Shown here piece by piece: positions 26,372 to 35,808 of a stretch of DNA of 64,000 bases; within the stretch, counting starts at the first letter, position 1, and every line of letters begins with the position of its first letter. The notes under the pieces were generated by a model, which saw only the letters and a program-made list of their open reading frames with translations, did not search any database and was not told where the DNA came from. Source of the DNA: a bacterium (GTDB lineage Bacteria > UBA8248); the NCBI GenBank assembly GCA_965199855.1, contig OZ241326.1:2211908-2275907 (forward strand), read 5' to 3'. The translations under genes and the position numbers were made by a program.

Positions 26372-27690
26372 GGCGCGAGCGCCCCCCGCGCGGAGATTCG
26401 GAGCTCCCCGTCGAGCCGGCTCATCCGCACCTCTCCGCCGACGACGGCGGCCGCGGCGCAGCCCCTGAGCCTCCAGCCCGCGAAGGGCGTGTTCCTGCCG
26501 CGGCTCTCGAAGGCGTCCGGCTCCACGACCACCTCGCGCGCGGGGTCGAGCAGGGTCGCGTCCCCGGGCGCGCCCTCCCGCAGGGTGCCGTAGGGCAGGC
26601 CCAGCGCCTCGCAGGGCCCGGTGGTGAACTTCGCTATCATCTCGGCGAGGGTGAGCGCGCCCGCGCCCACCAGCCTGTCCAGGGCGAGGGAGACGGCCGT
26701 CTCCAGCCCCACGACGCCGAACGGCACGGCGTCGAACTCCCGCTGGGTCTCCGCCTCGTAGTGCGGGGCGTGGTCGGAGGCGATGACGGAGATGGTCCCG
26801 TCCTTCAGGCCCTCCAGGAGCGCGCGCCTGTCCTCCTCGCCGCGGAGCGGAGGCGCCATCTTCGCGGAGGAGTCGAACCCGCGCGTCGCCTCGTCCGTGA
26901 GGGAGAAGTGGTGCGGCGTCGCCTCGCCCGTCACCCGGAGGCCGCGCGCCCGCGCCCGGCGAACCATGTCCACCGCGCCGGCGGAGGAGAGATGCAGGAG
27001 GTGGAGCTTGCCCCCCGTCAGCTCCGCCAGCCGGATGTCCCGATAGACGCAGATGTCCTCGCTCGCCGCCGGGTTTCCGGCCAGGCCGAGCATGGTGGAC
27101 ACCGCGCCCTCGTTCATCACCCGGCCGGCCGAAAGCGAGGCGTCCTCCGCGTGGTCGAGCACGCTCACCCCCAGCATTCCGGCGTATTCGAGCGCGGAGC
27201 GCATGAGCGCGGCCGTCCGCACCGGCACGCCGTCGTCGCTGAAGGCCACCGCGCCGGCCTCCACCTGCTCGGCCATCTCGCTCAGCGCCTCTCCCTCCAG
27301 CCCCACCGAAACCGAGCCGACGGGAAACACGCGGCACGCCCCCACCTCGCGCGCGCGCTTGAGGATGCGCTCGGTGATCGAACTCGTGTCGTTCACCGGG
27401 TCGGTGTTCGCCATGCACGCCACGCCGGTGAAGCCGCCGGCGGCCGCGGCGCGGGTGCCGCTTTCGATGTCCTCCTTGTATTCCTGCCCCGGCTCGCGGA
27501 AGTGGACGTGCATGTCGATGAAGCCGGGCGCCACGACGAGGCCCGCGGCGTCGAGCACCTCGTCCCCCTCGCGCGGGGCGATGCTCCTCTCCCTGCGCGC
27601 GACCCTGCCCTCCTCTATCAGGAGGTCGCTCTCCTCATCGACACCCTGGGAGGGATCGACGACGCGCCCGCCCTTAATGAGCAACGGCAT
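26368..27690 (-). CDS. pyrC: Dihydroorotase (multimeric, type I)
   Basis: MPLLIKGGRVVDPSQG...GFIDMHVHFREPG...ASDHAPH. The ATG at 27688-27690 is internal to the merged track ORF. Confidence 0.9.
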   Translation of the reverse strand: MPLLIKGGRVVDPSQGVDEESDLLIEEGRVARRERSIAPREGDEVLDAAGLVVAPGFIDMHVHFREPGQEYKEDIESGTRAAAAGGFTGVACMANTDPVNDTSSITERILKRAREVGACRVFPVGSVSVGLEGEALSEMAEQVEAGAVAFSDDGVPVRTAALMRSALEYAGMLGVSVLDHAEDASLSAGRVMNEGAVSTMLGLAGNPAASEDICVYRDIRLAELTGGKLHLLHLSSAGAVDMVRRARARGLRVTGEATPHHFSLTDEATRGFDSSAKMAPPLRGEEDRRALLEGLKDGTISVIASDHAPHYEAETQREFDAVPFGVVGLETAVSLALDRLVGAGALTLAEMIAKFTTGPCEALGLPYGTLREGAPGDATLLDPAREVVVEPDAFESRGRNTPFAGWRLRGCAAAAVVGGEVRMSRLDGELRISARGALAP

Positions 27691-28693
27691 CCCGCGCCCC
27701 CCTTCGCGCCCTCTCCGGGGCGGCGTCCGCCTCCCCATCCGGCTCCGCCTCCTCCCGCTCCTCCTCCCTCCTGCCCGAGAGGAGATAGAGAATCGCCATG
27801 CGGCAGGCGACCCCGTATTCGACCTGCTCCAGAATGACGGAGAAGGGGCCGTCGGCCACGTCGGGAGCCATCTCCACCCCCCGGTTGATCGGCCCCGGGT
27901 GCATGATGAGCAGGTCCCGCCCGGCGTCCCGCAGCTTCTTCCTGGTGATCCCGTAGGAGCTGGCGTATTCGCGCTCGCTGGGAAAGGCGCCGCCGGCACC
28001 CCTCTCCAGCTGGATTCTGAGGGCGATGAGGACGTCCGCCCCGTCAATCGCCTCGTCGATCCGCGTCGTCGCGCGCGCGCCCAGGCATTCGACCTCGGCC
28101 GGCAGCATCGTGGAGGGGCCGCAGAAGGTGACCTCGGCGCCGAGCTTCAGGAGGCCGGCCGCGTTCGAGCGCGCCACGCGGCTGCGCGCGATGTCTCCCA
28201 CGATGGAGACGCGGAGCCCCTCGAACTTCTCCTTGTGCGCCCGGATGGTGTAGAGGTCGAGGAGCGCCTGGGTGGGATGCTCGTGGCAGCCGTCGCCCGC
28301 GTTCACGACGGCGCACCCGAGTTCGCGGCCCAGATAGGCGGGCGCGCCGGACGCCCAATGCCGCACGACGAGGACGTCCGTGGCCATCGCCTCGATGTTT
28401 CTCGCCGTGTCCCGCAGGGTCTCCCCCTTGCTCGCCGAGCTCGCGGCGACGGAGAGGTTGATGACGTCCGCCGAGAGGCGCTTGCCGGCGATCTCGAAGG
28501 AGGCGCGCGTCCTCGTGCTGTTCTCGAAGAACAGGTTGACGATCGTCTTGCCCCGCAGGGTGGGAACCTTCTTGACGGCGCGCTCGTTGATCTCGCGGAA
28601 GGAATCCGTCTGGTCGAGGAGAAACAATATCTCCCCGGGCTCGAGCTCCCGAATCGAGAGCAGATCCTTTCTCCGGTACGGCTCCGTTTTCAT
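27674..28693 (-). CDS. pyrB: Aspartate carbamoyltransferase catalytic subunit
   Basis: MKTEPYRRKDLLSIRELEPGEI...STRTR...HPTQALLD...HPGP. The ATG at 28691-28693. Confidence 0.9.
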   Translation of the reverse strand: MKTEPYRRKDLLSIRELEPGEILFLLDQTDSFREINERAVKKVPTLRGKTIVNLFFENSTRTRASFEIAGKRLSADVINLSVAASSASKGETLRDTARNIEAMATDVLVVRHWASGAPAYLGRELGCAVVNAGDGCHEHPTQALLDLYTIRAHKEKFEGLRVSIVGDIARSRVARSNAAGLLKLGAEVTFCGPSTMLPAEVECLGARATTRIDEAIDGADVLIALRIQLERGAGGAFPSEREYASSYGITRKKLRDAGRDLLIMHPGPINRGVEMAPDVADGPFSVILEQVEYGVACRMAILYLLSGRREEEREEAEPDGEADAAPERARRGARDAVAH

Positions 28694-28715
28694 GGCGTCT
28701 CCCCCGCGGGCGTTT

Positions 28716-29252
28716 TCATTCCGGCTGCCGGAATCGCTTGAAGACGGCGTCCTCGCCGTCGGTCTCCTCAAGATGCACCCGCACCTCCTCGCCCCGCGCC
28801 GCCTCGACGTTCCTGCCGACGAAATCGGCGCGAATCGGCAGTTCGCGCCCCCCCCTGTCCACCAGAATCGCGAGCCGCGCCCTGCGGGGCCGGCCGAAGC
28901 TGACCAGCGCCGCCAGGGCGGCGCGCGCCGTCCGCCCCGTGCAGAGCACGTCGTCGACGAGAATCACGTCCTTCCCCTCGCAGGAGAAGGGAAGCTCCGT
29001 CTTCTTGAGCTTCGTCCGCGCGCCGCCGCCCCGGTTCAGGTCGTCCCGATAGAGGGTGACGTCGAGCGCGCCCACCGGCGGGCGCGAACCCGCCAGCGCG
29101 CGCAGCTCCCCGGCCAGCCTCTCGGCGAGCGGCGCGCCCCTCGTGCGGATGCCGATGAGCGCGAGCGCCGGCAGCTCCGCCGTCTGCTCGAGAATCTCGT
29201 GCGCGAGGCGCCTCAGCGTCCGCCTCAGCTGCCCGCCGTCGAGCTGCTTCAT
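28716..29252 (-). CDS. pyrR: Bifunctional pyrimidine operon regulator / uracil phosphoribosyltransferase PyrR
   Basis: MKQLDGGQLRRTLRRLAHEILEQ...VILVDDVLCTGRTARAAL (PRTase motif). This is the first gene of a pyrR-pyrB-pyrC-carA-carB operon. The start at 29252 is chosen so the leader hairpin and T-tract stay upstream. Confidence 0.85.
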   Translation of the reverse strand: MKQLDGGQLRRTLRRLAHEILEQTAELPALALIGIRTRGAPLAERLAGELRALAGSRPPVGALDVTLYRDDLNRGGGARTKLKKTELPFSCEGKDVILVDDVLCTGRTARAALAALVSFGRPRRARLAILVDRGGRELPIRADFVGRNVEAARGEEVRVHLEETDGEDAVFKRFRQPE

Positions 29253-29290
29253 CTTCGGGGCGAAGGCCGCCGGCCTGCCGGCCGCGCGCG

Positions 29291-29400
29291 AAAAAAAACG
29301 CCACGCCCCGGGGGGCATGGCGTTCGGACGATGAGCGAAAAGACACCGGGCATCCGCGCTTCCTCCTTCGCCGCCTCACGGGACGGCATTAAAGGGGAAT
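29291..29400 (-). promoter_or_regulatory. PyrR-dependent transcription attenuator in pyr operon leader (binding loop + intrinsic terminator)
   Basis: On the minus strand the leader reads ...ttaatgccgtcccgtgaggcggcgaagg. It matches the PyrR binding consensus UCCNGNGAGGYU (established knowledge). A hairpin cgccaugcc-ccccgg-ggcguggcg and a U8 tract follow (29291-29325 on + coordinates). Confidence 0.6.
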
Positions 29401-29487
29401 CCCACGCTGTTCTCGTTCGGCGGCGGGCGCGCCGAGACTATTTGGCCGAACCTAGCAGTATTCTCCGCCGGGGGCAAGCGGAATTCC

Positions 29488-29802
29488 TTACGCGCGCTTC
29501 AGAAAATCCATCGCCTCGCCCGAAGCCTCCCCGCGCGCGTCCGCCGGGGGGGCGGATTCCTCCAGAATCTCGAACAGGGCGGCGGCTTCTTTCTTCGACA
29601 TCCGGCGTCCGGCCTCGCCCAGCACCCGAACGCGCAGCGTCCTGCTTTCGAGCCGCACCCTCAGCACGTCCCCGACCTCGACCCGCGAGGAGGCTTTCGC
29701 CGCCCTTCCGTCGATGAGAACGGCGCCCTCATCCACGAGGCTCCTGGCCGCCGAGCGCCGCTTCACCAGGCGGCTGTCGCGCAAAAAGCGATCCAGGCGC
29801 AT
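29488..29802 (-). CDS. S4-domain RNA-binding protein (Hsp15/YlmH-like)
   Basis: 104 aa MRLDRFLRDSRLVKRRSAARSLVDEGAVLIDGRAAKASSRVEVGDVL, an S4 fold signature. Confidence 0.7.
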   Translation of the reverse strand: MRLDRFLRDSRLVKRRSAARSLVDEGAVLIDGRAAKASSRVEVGDVLRVRLESRTLRVRVLGEAGRRMSKKEAAALFEILEESAPPADARGEASGEAMDFLKRA

Positions 29803-29811
29803 CGCGCGCCG

Positions 29812-31290
29812 TCACCGGGAGATTGCTTTCGGGTCCGCCGAGATGCTGCGCGTCCTCTCCACCTCCGCCTCGAACTCGAACCGCGCGGAGCCGGTGTCCG
29901 TGCCGAACGCGAGATTCCTCTTTCCCTCGCCGTCGGCCCGCAGCGAGAACGCTTTGATGACGTCCGCGAAGCTTATCTTCCCCATATACGTGTTCGGCAG
30001 CAGGTAGCTGTGCCGGAACAGGTAGAGATTCGCGGCGGGGCTGGGGTTGACGAACAGCCGGTGCTTCGCGCCCAGCGCGTCGATGGCGTCCTTGTCCAGG
30101 CTGAGGGCGCGGCCCACGGTCAGCCTGTCGGACCGCCAGCGCGGGCTTTTCCGGTTCGAGCCATACGCCCAGAAAATCCTGCCCTGACCGAGAAGGGCCC
30201 CGCCCTTCGCCTCGGCGAGGGTGATTCCGACCAGACGGAAGGATATCTGCTCGCGCACGTCCCGGAAAAGGGAGGCGAGCCCGCCGCTCGCCGCGCCGGG
30301 GTCGTAGTTGATTTCCAGAAAGGCGCCCCGCCTGAGATCCGCCACCCACTCGCGGCGGCGCTTCGTGAATTTCTCGCCGAAAATCTTGCCGCGGATTTCG
30401 CCCGCCACGCGATCCAGGGTGACCGGCCGCCCCGGATTCACCTTCTCGACGCGGATGACGTGATAGCCGACCCTCGTTCTCGTGGGCCGGCTCGTCCCGC
30501 CCTCCTCCGTCGAGAAGACGAGCTGCTCCAGTTCCGGGAAAACCTCGCCCTTCTTCAGGGCGCCCAGCAGCCCGCCCCGGCTCGCGGCGGGGCCCTCGGA
30601 GGCCTTCCGCGCCACTTCGGCGAAATCCGCGCCGGGCGCGGCGGCCCGCTCGTAGGCGCGCTGCGCCTTCGCGCGCTGCGCCTCCGCGTCGGCGGCGGAG
30701 GCCCCCTCGGCGAGAGGAAAGAAAATCTGGCGCGCCACCCGGGTCTCGCCCTCGCGGTAGTCCTCCGAATGGGCGGCGTAGTAGTCCGCGACTTCCTGCT
30801 CGCCCACGGAGACGCGCGAGCCGACCTCCATGCGCTCCACCTTGCGCGCCAGCATCCTCCTGCGCATCTCCTCGCGGTATTTCTCGAACGACGTCCCCCG
30901 CGTCGAGAGGTAGCGGCGCAGCTGGGCGGTCGTCATCTTGTTCTTGCGGAGCATGTCCGCGATGGCGCTCTCGAGCTCCTTCTCATCGACCTCCGCGCGG
31001 ATGGCGGCGGCGCGCGCCAGGATGAGCTTGTTCTCCACCATGGCGTCGAGCGCCCGGAGCTCCAGTTCGCGGACGCGGCGGTTCAGCTCCTCTCCCTTGT
31101 AGGCTTTCTTCAGCTTGTCGGCGTTCGGCTTGACCAGATCCTGAAGCTCGGACAGCGTGATGATCTCGTCGTTCACCTTGGCGATGATCCTCTCGATCGT
31201 CACCAGCGCCGGCATCGCCGGCGCTGGCGCTCCCGCGAGAGCGCACATCGCCATCCCCAGAATCCGGAGCCGCCTAGCCCGATGCGCCAT
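29812..31290 (-). CDS. Peptidyl-prolyl cis-trans isomerase, SurA-like (PpiC/parvulin domain) with long C-terminal extension
   Basis: 492 aa; signal peptide; SurA_N-like chaperone region and parvulin motif (GYHVIRVEK). Confidence 0.65.
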   Translation of the reverse strand: MAHRARRLRILGMAMCALAGAPAPAMPALVTIERIIAKVNDEIITLSELQDLVKPNADKLKKAYKGEELNRRVRELELRALDAMVENKLILARAAAIRAEVDEKELESAIADMLRKNKMTTAQLRRYLSTRGTSFEKYREEMRRRMLARKVERMEVGSRVSVGEQEVADYYAAHSEDYREGETRVARQIFFPLAEGASAADAEAQRAKAQRAYERAAAPGADFAEVARKASEGPAASRGGLLGALKKGEVFPELEQLVFSTEEGGTSRPTRTRVGYHVIRVEKVNPGRPVTLDRVAGEIRGKIFGEKFTKRRREWVADLRRGAFLEINYDPGAASGGLASLFRDVREQISFRLVGITLAEAKGGALLGQGRIFWAYGSNRKSPRWRSDRLTVGRALSLDKDAIDALGAKHRLFVNPSPAANLYLFRHSYLLPNTYMGKISFADVIKAFSLRADGEGKRNLAFGTDTGSARFEFEAEVERTRSISADPKAISR

Positions 31291-32260
31291 TTTCGAGATT
31301 TTCCCAATGATATTGAACGTTCGCGCTTCGCCTCAGTTTCCCGATCCAGTCCTTGAGCCTCTCCCTGCCCTTCTCGGCCAGCAGCCGCTTCCGGATATCC
31401 TCGCGCGCGGACGCCAGCGTCCGCAAGCTCGGCAGCCTTCTCTCCGAAACCTCCAGCAGGTGGAAGCCCAGGGGACTCTTGAATACCCGGCTCGTCCCGC
31501 CCTGCTTCAGGGACTTCACCACGCTTTCGATGTTCTCGGGCAACTCCCCTCTCTCAAAATACCCCAAATCGCCGCCCGCGTCACGCCCGGGGCCGCGGGA
31601 ATGCCTTCGCGCGAGAGAGGCGAACGACTCGCCATCCAGAATCCGCTTCCTCAATTCGGAAGCCACCTTGCGCGAGCCGACGATGATCTGGCGGATCCGC
31701 CAGCGCCGCCCGACCCGGAATTCCTCCCTGTTCCGCTCGTAGTAGGCCGCTATCTCGGCCTCGGAGACGCTCAGGCCGGAATACACCTCTCTCTCCAGGA
31801 GCTGCTCGATCTCCAGCGTCTCGCGCATGGCCCTGAGCCACCGCTCCCTGTCGATTCCCTCCTCCTTCATCACCGCGTCCAGGTTCCGGCCGCCATACTG
31901 GCGGCGAACGAACTCGACGAAGCGCTCCACTTTGCCCTCGCTCACGTATTCGCCCGTCTCCCGGAAGCGCTGAAGCAGAAGGCGCTTCTCCACGAGCTGC
32001 TCCACCGGGACCCTGGCGGCGGAGCCTCCGGCCGCGCCCGCGCGCCCGCCCCGCGCCATCAGGTGCGCGCGCACGTCCGCCCTGGTGATCGGCTCGCCGT
32101 TCACCTCCGCGACCAGCTCGCCCCCGCTCCCCGTCCGAAGCGGGGAGTCGCACCCGGCCAGCGCGAGCGGCGCCGCCAGGCAGAGGCGCGCCGCCCAGGC
32201 GCCGCCGCGCGAAAGCAGGCGCCGCGCGGCGATCCCGCCTTTCGATGACGCGATCCTCAT
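31274..32260 (-). CDS. Peptidyl-prolyl cis-trans isomerase, SurA/PpiC family lipoprotein
   Basis: 328 aa; lipobox LALAGC; parvulin motif DLGYFERGELP...GFHLLEV. Confidence 0.7.
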   Translation of the reverse strand: MRIASSKGGIAARRLLSRGGAWAARLCLAAPLALAGCDSPLRTGSGGELVAEVNGEPITRADVRAHLMARGGRAGAAGGSAARVPVEQLVEKRLLLQRFRETGEYVSEGKVERFVEFVRRQYGGRNLDAVMKEEGIDRERWLRAMRETLEIEQLLEREVYSGLSVSEAEIAAYYERNREEFRVGRRWRIRQIIVGSRKVASELRKRILDGESFASLARRHSRGPGRDAGGDLGYFERGELPENIESVVKSLKQGGTSRVFKSPLGFHLLEVSERRLPSLRTLASAREDIRKRLLAEKGRERLKDWIGKLRRSANVQYHWENLENGASG

Positions 32261-35200
32261 GCCTCCTCCGCCGCCAATTCCTCCCCGGAGACCCTGCGCA
32301 TCTCCAAAGCATCCATGACCTGGACGAGAAAGTCAAAATCCTCCGCCCAGCGCCCCCGGACGCCCGCGCGGAAGGCGCGCGCGTCGATGGGCTCCACCCC
32401 CGGCGCGTCCAGGAAGGCGGCCGCCAGCTCGTAGTCTCCCGGAAAAACCTCGAAGCGCGCCTCCTTCCCGCGCACGTGGATCGCCTTGATTCCGCAAAGG
32501 CGGGCGCGCAGGCGGATTTCCCCCAGCTGCAGGAGGTGGAGGGCGCGCGCGGGCAGCTCGCCGAACTTGTCCCGCAGCTCGACCGCCAGCTCCCGCAGCT
32601 CGCCCGGCGCTCGCGCGGACGCGATTCTCCGATAGACCTCCAGGCGCTCGGCCCGCGCCGGAATCCACGAGGAAGGCAGCGCGCCCGCCACCGGCGCGAC
32701 GACGTCGGGCTCGAGGCGCTCGACGGCCTCGCCCTTCGTCTCCTGAACGACCTCCTCCAGCAGCCGGCAATACATGTCGAACCCCACGGCCGAGATTTGC
32801 CCCGACTGCCGATGCCCCAGCAGATGCCCGGCGCCGCGAATCTCCAGATCGCGCATGGCGAGCCTGAAGCCGCCCCCCAGCTCGCTCAGCTCCTCGAGCG
32901 CGCGCAGCCGCTCCTTCGCCCGCCTCGTCAGGGATTCCGCCGCCGAGACCAGCAGATAGGCGTGCGCCTGGAACCTGTCGCGCCCCACCCGGCCGCGCAG
33001 CTGGTAGAGCTGCGCCATGCCGAAGGTGTCCGCCCGGTTGATCATGATGGTGTTCACCGAGGGAATGTCGAGGCCGCTCTCGATGATCGTCGTGCAGAGC
33101 AGGACGTCGGCCCGGCGGGTGACGAACCGCTCCATCACCTCCTCGAGCTCCTTTTCCTTCATCTGTCCGTGCCCCACCAGAATGCGCGCGTCCGGCAGAA
33201 GCCTCGCCAGAAGCCTGCGCATGGCGGGCAGGCTGGTCACCCGGTTGTGCACGAAAAACGCCTGGCCGCCGCGGTCGATCTCCTTCGTGATGGCCTCCCG
33301 TATCAGCTTCTCGCTGAAGCGCGAGATGTAGGTGCGCGGCGCGACCCTGTGGAGCGGGGGCGTTTCGATGACGCTCAGGTCCCGCGCGCCGGAAAGCGCC
33401 ATCTGCATGGTTCGGGGAATGGGCGTCGCGGTCAGGGTGAGAACGTCCACGGCCACGCGGAGCTTCTTGAGCTTCTCCTTGTGGGAGACGCCGAAGCGGT
33501 GCTCCTCGTCGACGATCAGCAGCCCCAGGTCGCGGAACGCCACGTCCTTCTGCAGGAGGCGGTGGGTGCCGATGACGATGTCCACGCTTCCATGGGCGAG
33601 GCCCTCCGCCACCTCCTTCTGCTCCTTCCGGCTCCGGAAGCGCGAGAGCGTCTCCACGCGGACGGGCAGCGGCTCGAAGCGCTTCCCGAAGGTTTCGCGG
33701 TGCTGATGCGCCAGCAGCGTCGTCGGCACGACGACGGCGACCTGCTTGCCCGCCGAAACCGCCCGGGCGGCGGCGCGGAGCGCCACCTCCGTCTTCCCGT
33801 AGCCCACGTCCCCGCAAACGAGGCGATCCATCGGCCGGGCGCGCTCCATGTCCTCGAGCACGTCGCGAATCGCCTGATCCTGATCCGGCGTCTCCTCGAA
33901 CTCGAAGCCGGCGGATATTTCCCGGTCGAACGCCCCCTCCCCCGAAAAGGCGTGCCCCCGGGCGGCGCTTCGCTCGGAGTAGAGGCGCACCAGGTCGCGC
34001 GCGATGCCCCGGAGCGACTTCTTGACGCTGTTCTTCGTCCTGCCCCAGCGGGTTCCCCCCAGCCTGTCCAGAGGCGGAGCGGCGCCCGCCCCGTGATACT
34101 TGTGGATGCGCTCCACGTCGTCCATCGGCACGTAGAGCCTGTCGCCGCCCGCGTATTGCAGGGTGAGAAACTCATCCTCCCCGTCCCGGTGCTCGATCAC
34201 GCGCGTGCCCACGTAGCGCCCCACGCCGTGCTCCGCGTGCACCACCAGGTCGTTCTCGCTCAAGTCCCTGAAGCCCTCGCCGGGCCTCAAGCGGGGCGCG
34301 CTGCGGGCGCTCCCCCCCGGGGCGCCGGCCAGCAAATCCTCCGCGCGGAAGAACACCCTCCCCTCGTCGGGCAGCCGGAAGCTGGCGCCGAGCCTGCCCT
34401 CGACCAGGGCGGCGTCGCGGCGCTCGTCCAGCAGCGGGGCGCCCCTGGGCAGAATCTCCACGCCCAGCTCGTGTTCGCGCAGGAGCGTCCGGACTCTCAG
34501 GGCGAGGGTCTTCTCCCCGGCCGCGATGACGACGCTTTCGTCCCGCTCGCGCCACGCGCGCAACTGCCGGACGAACGCCTCCACGCGCCCCCGGAAGGGA
34601 TTGATGATTTCCGCGGAAAAAGTCTCGCCCGCCTCCGGCGCCTCCTCCCCGCCGCCGGAGTCCAGCCCCAGGGAGTCGAACGCGAGGCGCGGCCAGATGG
34701 AGAGCTCCTCCCGAACCTCCTCCGGCCCGAGCCACAGGAGGCCCGGCTCGAAGGAGACGAGGCCCCGCTCGGGCGCGAGCCGCAGCTCCTCGTTCACCTC
34801 CTCCCACAGGCGCTCCACCGCCTCGTTCAGGCTTTCCGGCTCGTTCAGAACCCACAGCGCGTCGCCGGGCGCGGCGTCGAACAGCGTGCTCATCTCGGCG
34901 AGAAACATCGGCGCGAGGCCCTCGATGCCCGAAAAGCGCCCCTCCGCCTCCAGGTGATCGAGGAGGCGCTCTACCCTCGCGCCCGTCCCGGCGCCGGCGG
35001 CCTCCATGAGCGCGCGGCGGCCGTCTTCGAGCTCCTCCGGCGAGAGAACGATCTCCCGGGCGGGGAAAGCCTCGACGCTCCGCCGCGTGTTCAGGTTGCG
35101 CTGCGTCTGGGGATGGAAATCCCGCAGGGAGTCGAGCTCGTCGCCGCGAAACTCCAGGCGCGTCGGCCAGGCGCTCTGGGGGGAGAAGAAATCCAGAATG

Positions 35201-35727
35201 CCGCCCCTCACCGCGTATTCGCCGGGAGATTCCACGACCGATCTTCTCAGATACGTCAGCGACTCGAGCGAGCCGATGAACCCGTCGCGATCCAGCTCCA
35301 TCCCCTCGCGCAGGGGAATCACGGCGGCGTCCAGCCGGGCGGGCGGAGGGATGCGCGTCGCCATCGCGGCGGCCGTCGTCAGGACGACGCCCCGCCCCCC
35401 GCCGCGCAGAAGCCGCAACGCGGCCATCCTCGCGCCGACGACCTCGCTGGAGGGCGACAGCCTCGAAAACGGATACGCATCCCACGCCGGGAAGCTCGCC
35501 GCCGGCAGGCCGGGCGCGCCCGGGTCGCCCACGAACAGCCTCATGCCCGCCTCTATCGTCTTGAGGCGGCGCGCGTCCTCCTCCACGAAAACGACGGGGC
35601 CCTCGCGCTCGCGCGCGATTCCCGCCAGCCACCAGGCGATGGCCGCCCCGTTCGCCCCCCGCAGGCGAACGCGCTTCTCCCCCTCGAACGCCCACCGAGA
35701 GGCCGGGGGCTTATCCGCCACGCGCAT
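32257..35727 (-). CDS. mfd: Transcription-repair coupling factor
   Basis: 1156 aa; DEAD/helicase motifs (GDVGYGKTEVALRAA, DEEHRFG) and a TRCF C-terminal domain. Confidence 0.95.
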   Translation of the reverse strand: MRVADKPPASRWAFEGEKRVRLRGANGAAIAWWLAGIAREREGPVVFVEEDARRLKTIEAGMRLFVGDPGAPGLPAASFPAWDAYPFSRLSPSSEVVGARMAALRLLRGGGRGVVLTTAAAMATRIPPPARLDAAVIPLREGMELDRDGFIGSLESLTYLRRSVVESPGEYAVRGGILDFFSPQSAWPTRLEFRGDELDSLRDFHPQTQRNLNTRRSVEAFPAREIVLSPEELEDGRRALMEAAGAGTGARVERLLDHLEAEGRFSGIEGLAPMFLAEMSTLFDAAPGDALWVLNEPESLNEAVERLWEEVNEELRLAPERGLVSFEPGLLWLGPEEVREELSIWPRLAFDSLGLDSGGGEEAPEAGETFSAEIINPFRGRVEAFVRQLRAWRERDESVVIAAGEKTLALRVRTLLREHELGVEILPRGAPLLDERRDAALVEGRLGASFRLPDEGRVFFRAEDLLAGAPGGSARSAPRLRPGEGFRDLSENDLVVHAEHGVGRYVGTRVIEHRDGEDEFLTLQYAGGDRLYVPMDDVERIHKYHGAGAAPPLDRLGGTRWGRTKNSVKKSLRGIARDLVRLYSERSAARGHAFSGEGAFDREISAGFEFEETPDQDQAIRDVLEDMERARPMDRLVCGDVGYGKTEVALRAAARAVSAGKQVAVVVPTTLLAHQHRETFGKRFEPLPVRVETLSRFRSRKEQKEVAEGLAHGSVDIVIGTHRLLQKDVAFRDLGLLIVDEEHRFGVSHKEKLKKLRVAVDVLTLTATPIPRTMQMALSGARDLSVIETPPLHRVAPRTYISRFSEKLIREAITKEIDRGGQAFFVHNRVTSLPAMRRLLARLLPDARILVGHGQMKEKELEEVMERFVTRRADVLLCTTIIESGLDIPSVNTIMINRADTFGMAQLYQLRGRVGRDRFQAHAYLLVSAAESLTRRAKERLRALEELSELGGGFRLAMRDLEIRGAGHLLGHRQSGQISAVGFDMYCRLLEEVVQETKGEAVERLEPDVVAPVAGALPSSWIPARAERLEVYRRIASARAPGELRELAVELRDKFGELPARALHLLQLGEIRLRARLCGIKAIHVRGKEARFEVFPGDYELAAAFLDAPGVEPIDARAFRAGVRGRWAEDFDFLVQVMDALEMRRVSGEELAAEEA

Positions 35728-35808
35728 TTTCGGATTCGGCGCGGCGGCGCGCGGGAAGAGAGAGCGGGCGGATCGTTTCTGGCGGCATGAAAATTTCCCG
35801 GAACCGGC

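Noticed and set aside
32245-35790. 1181-aa ORF on + strand
   Set aside because: It is antisense to mfd. The composition is biased (R/G/A/P-rich) with no domain signatures.
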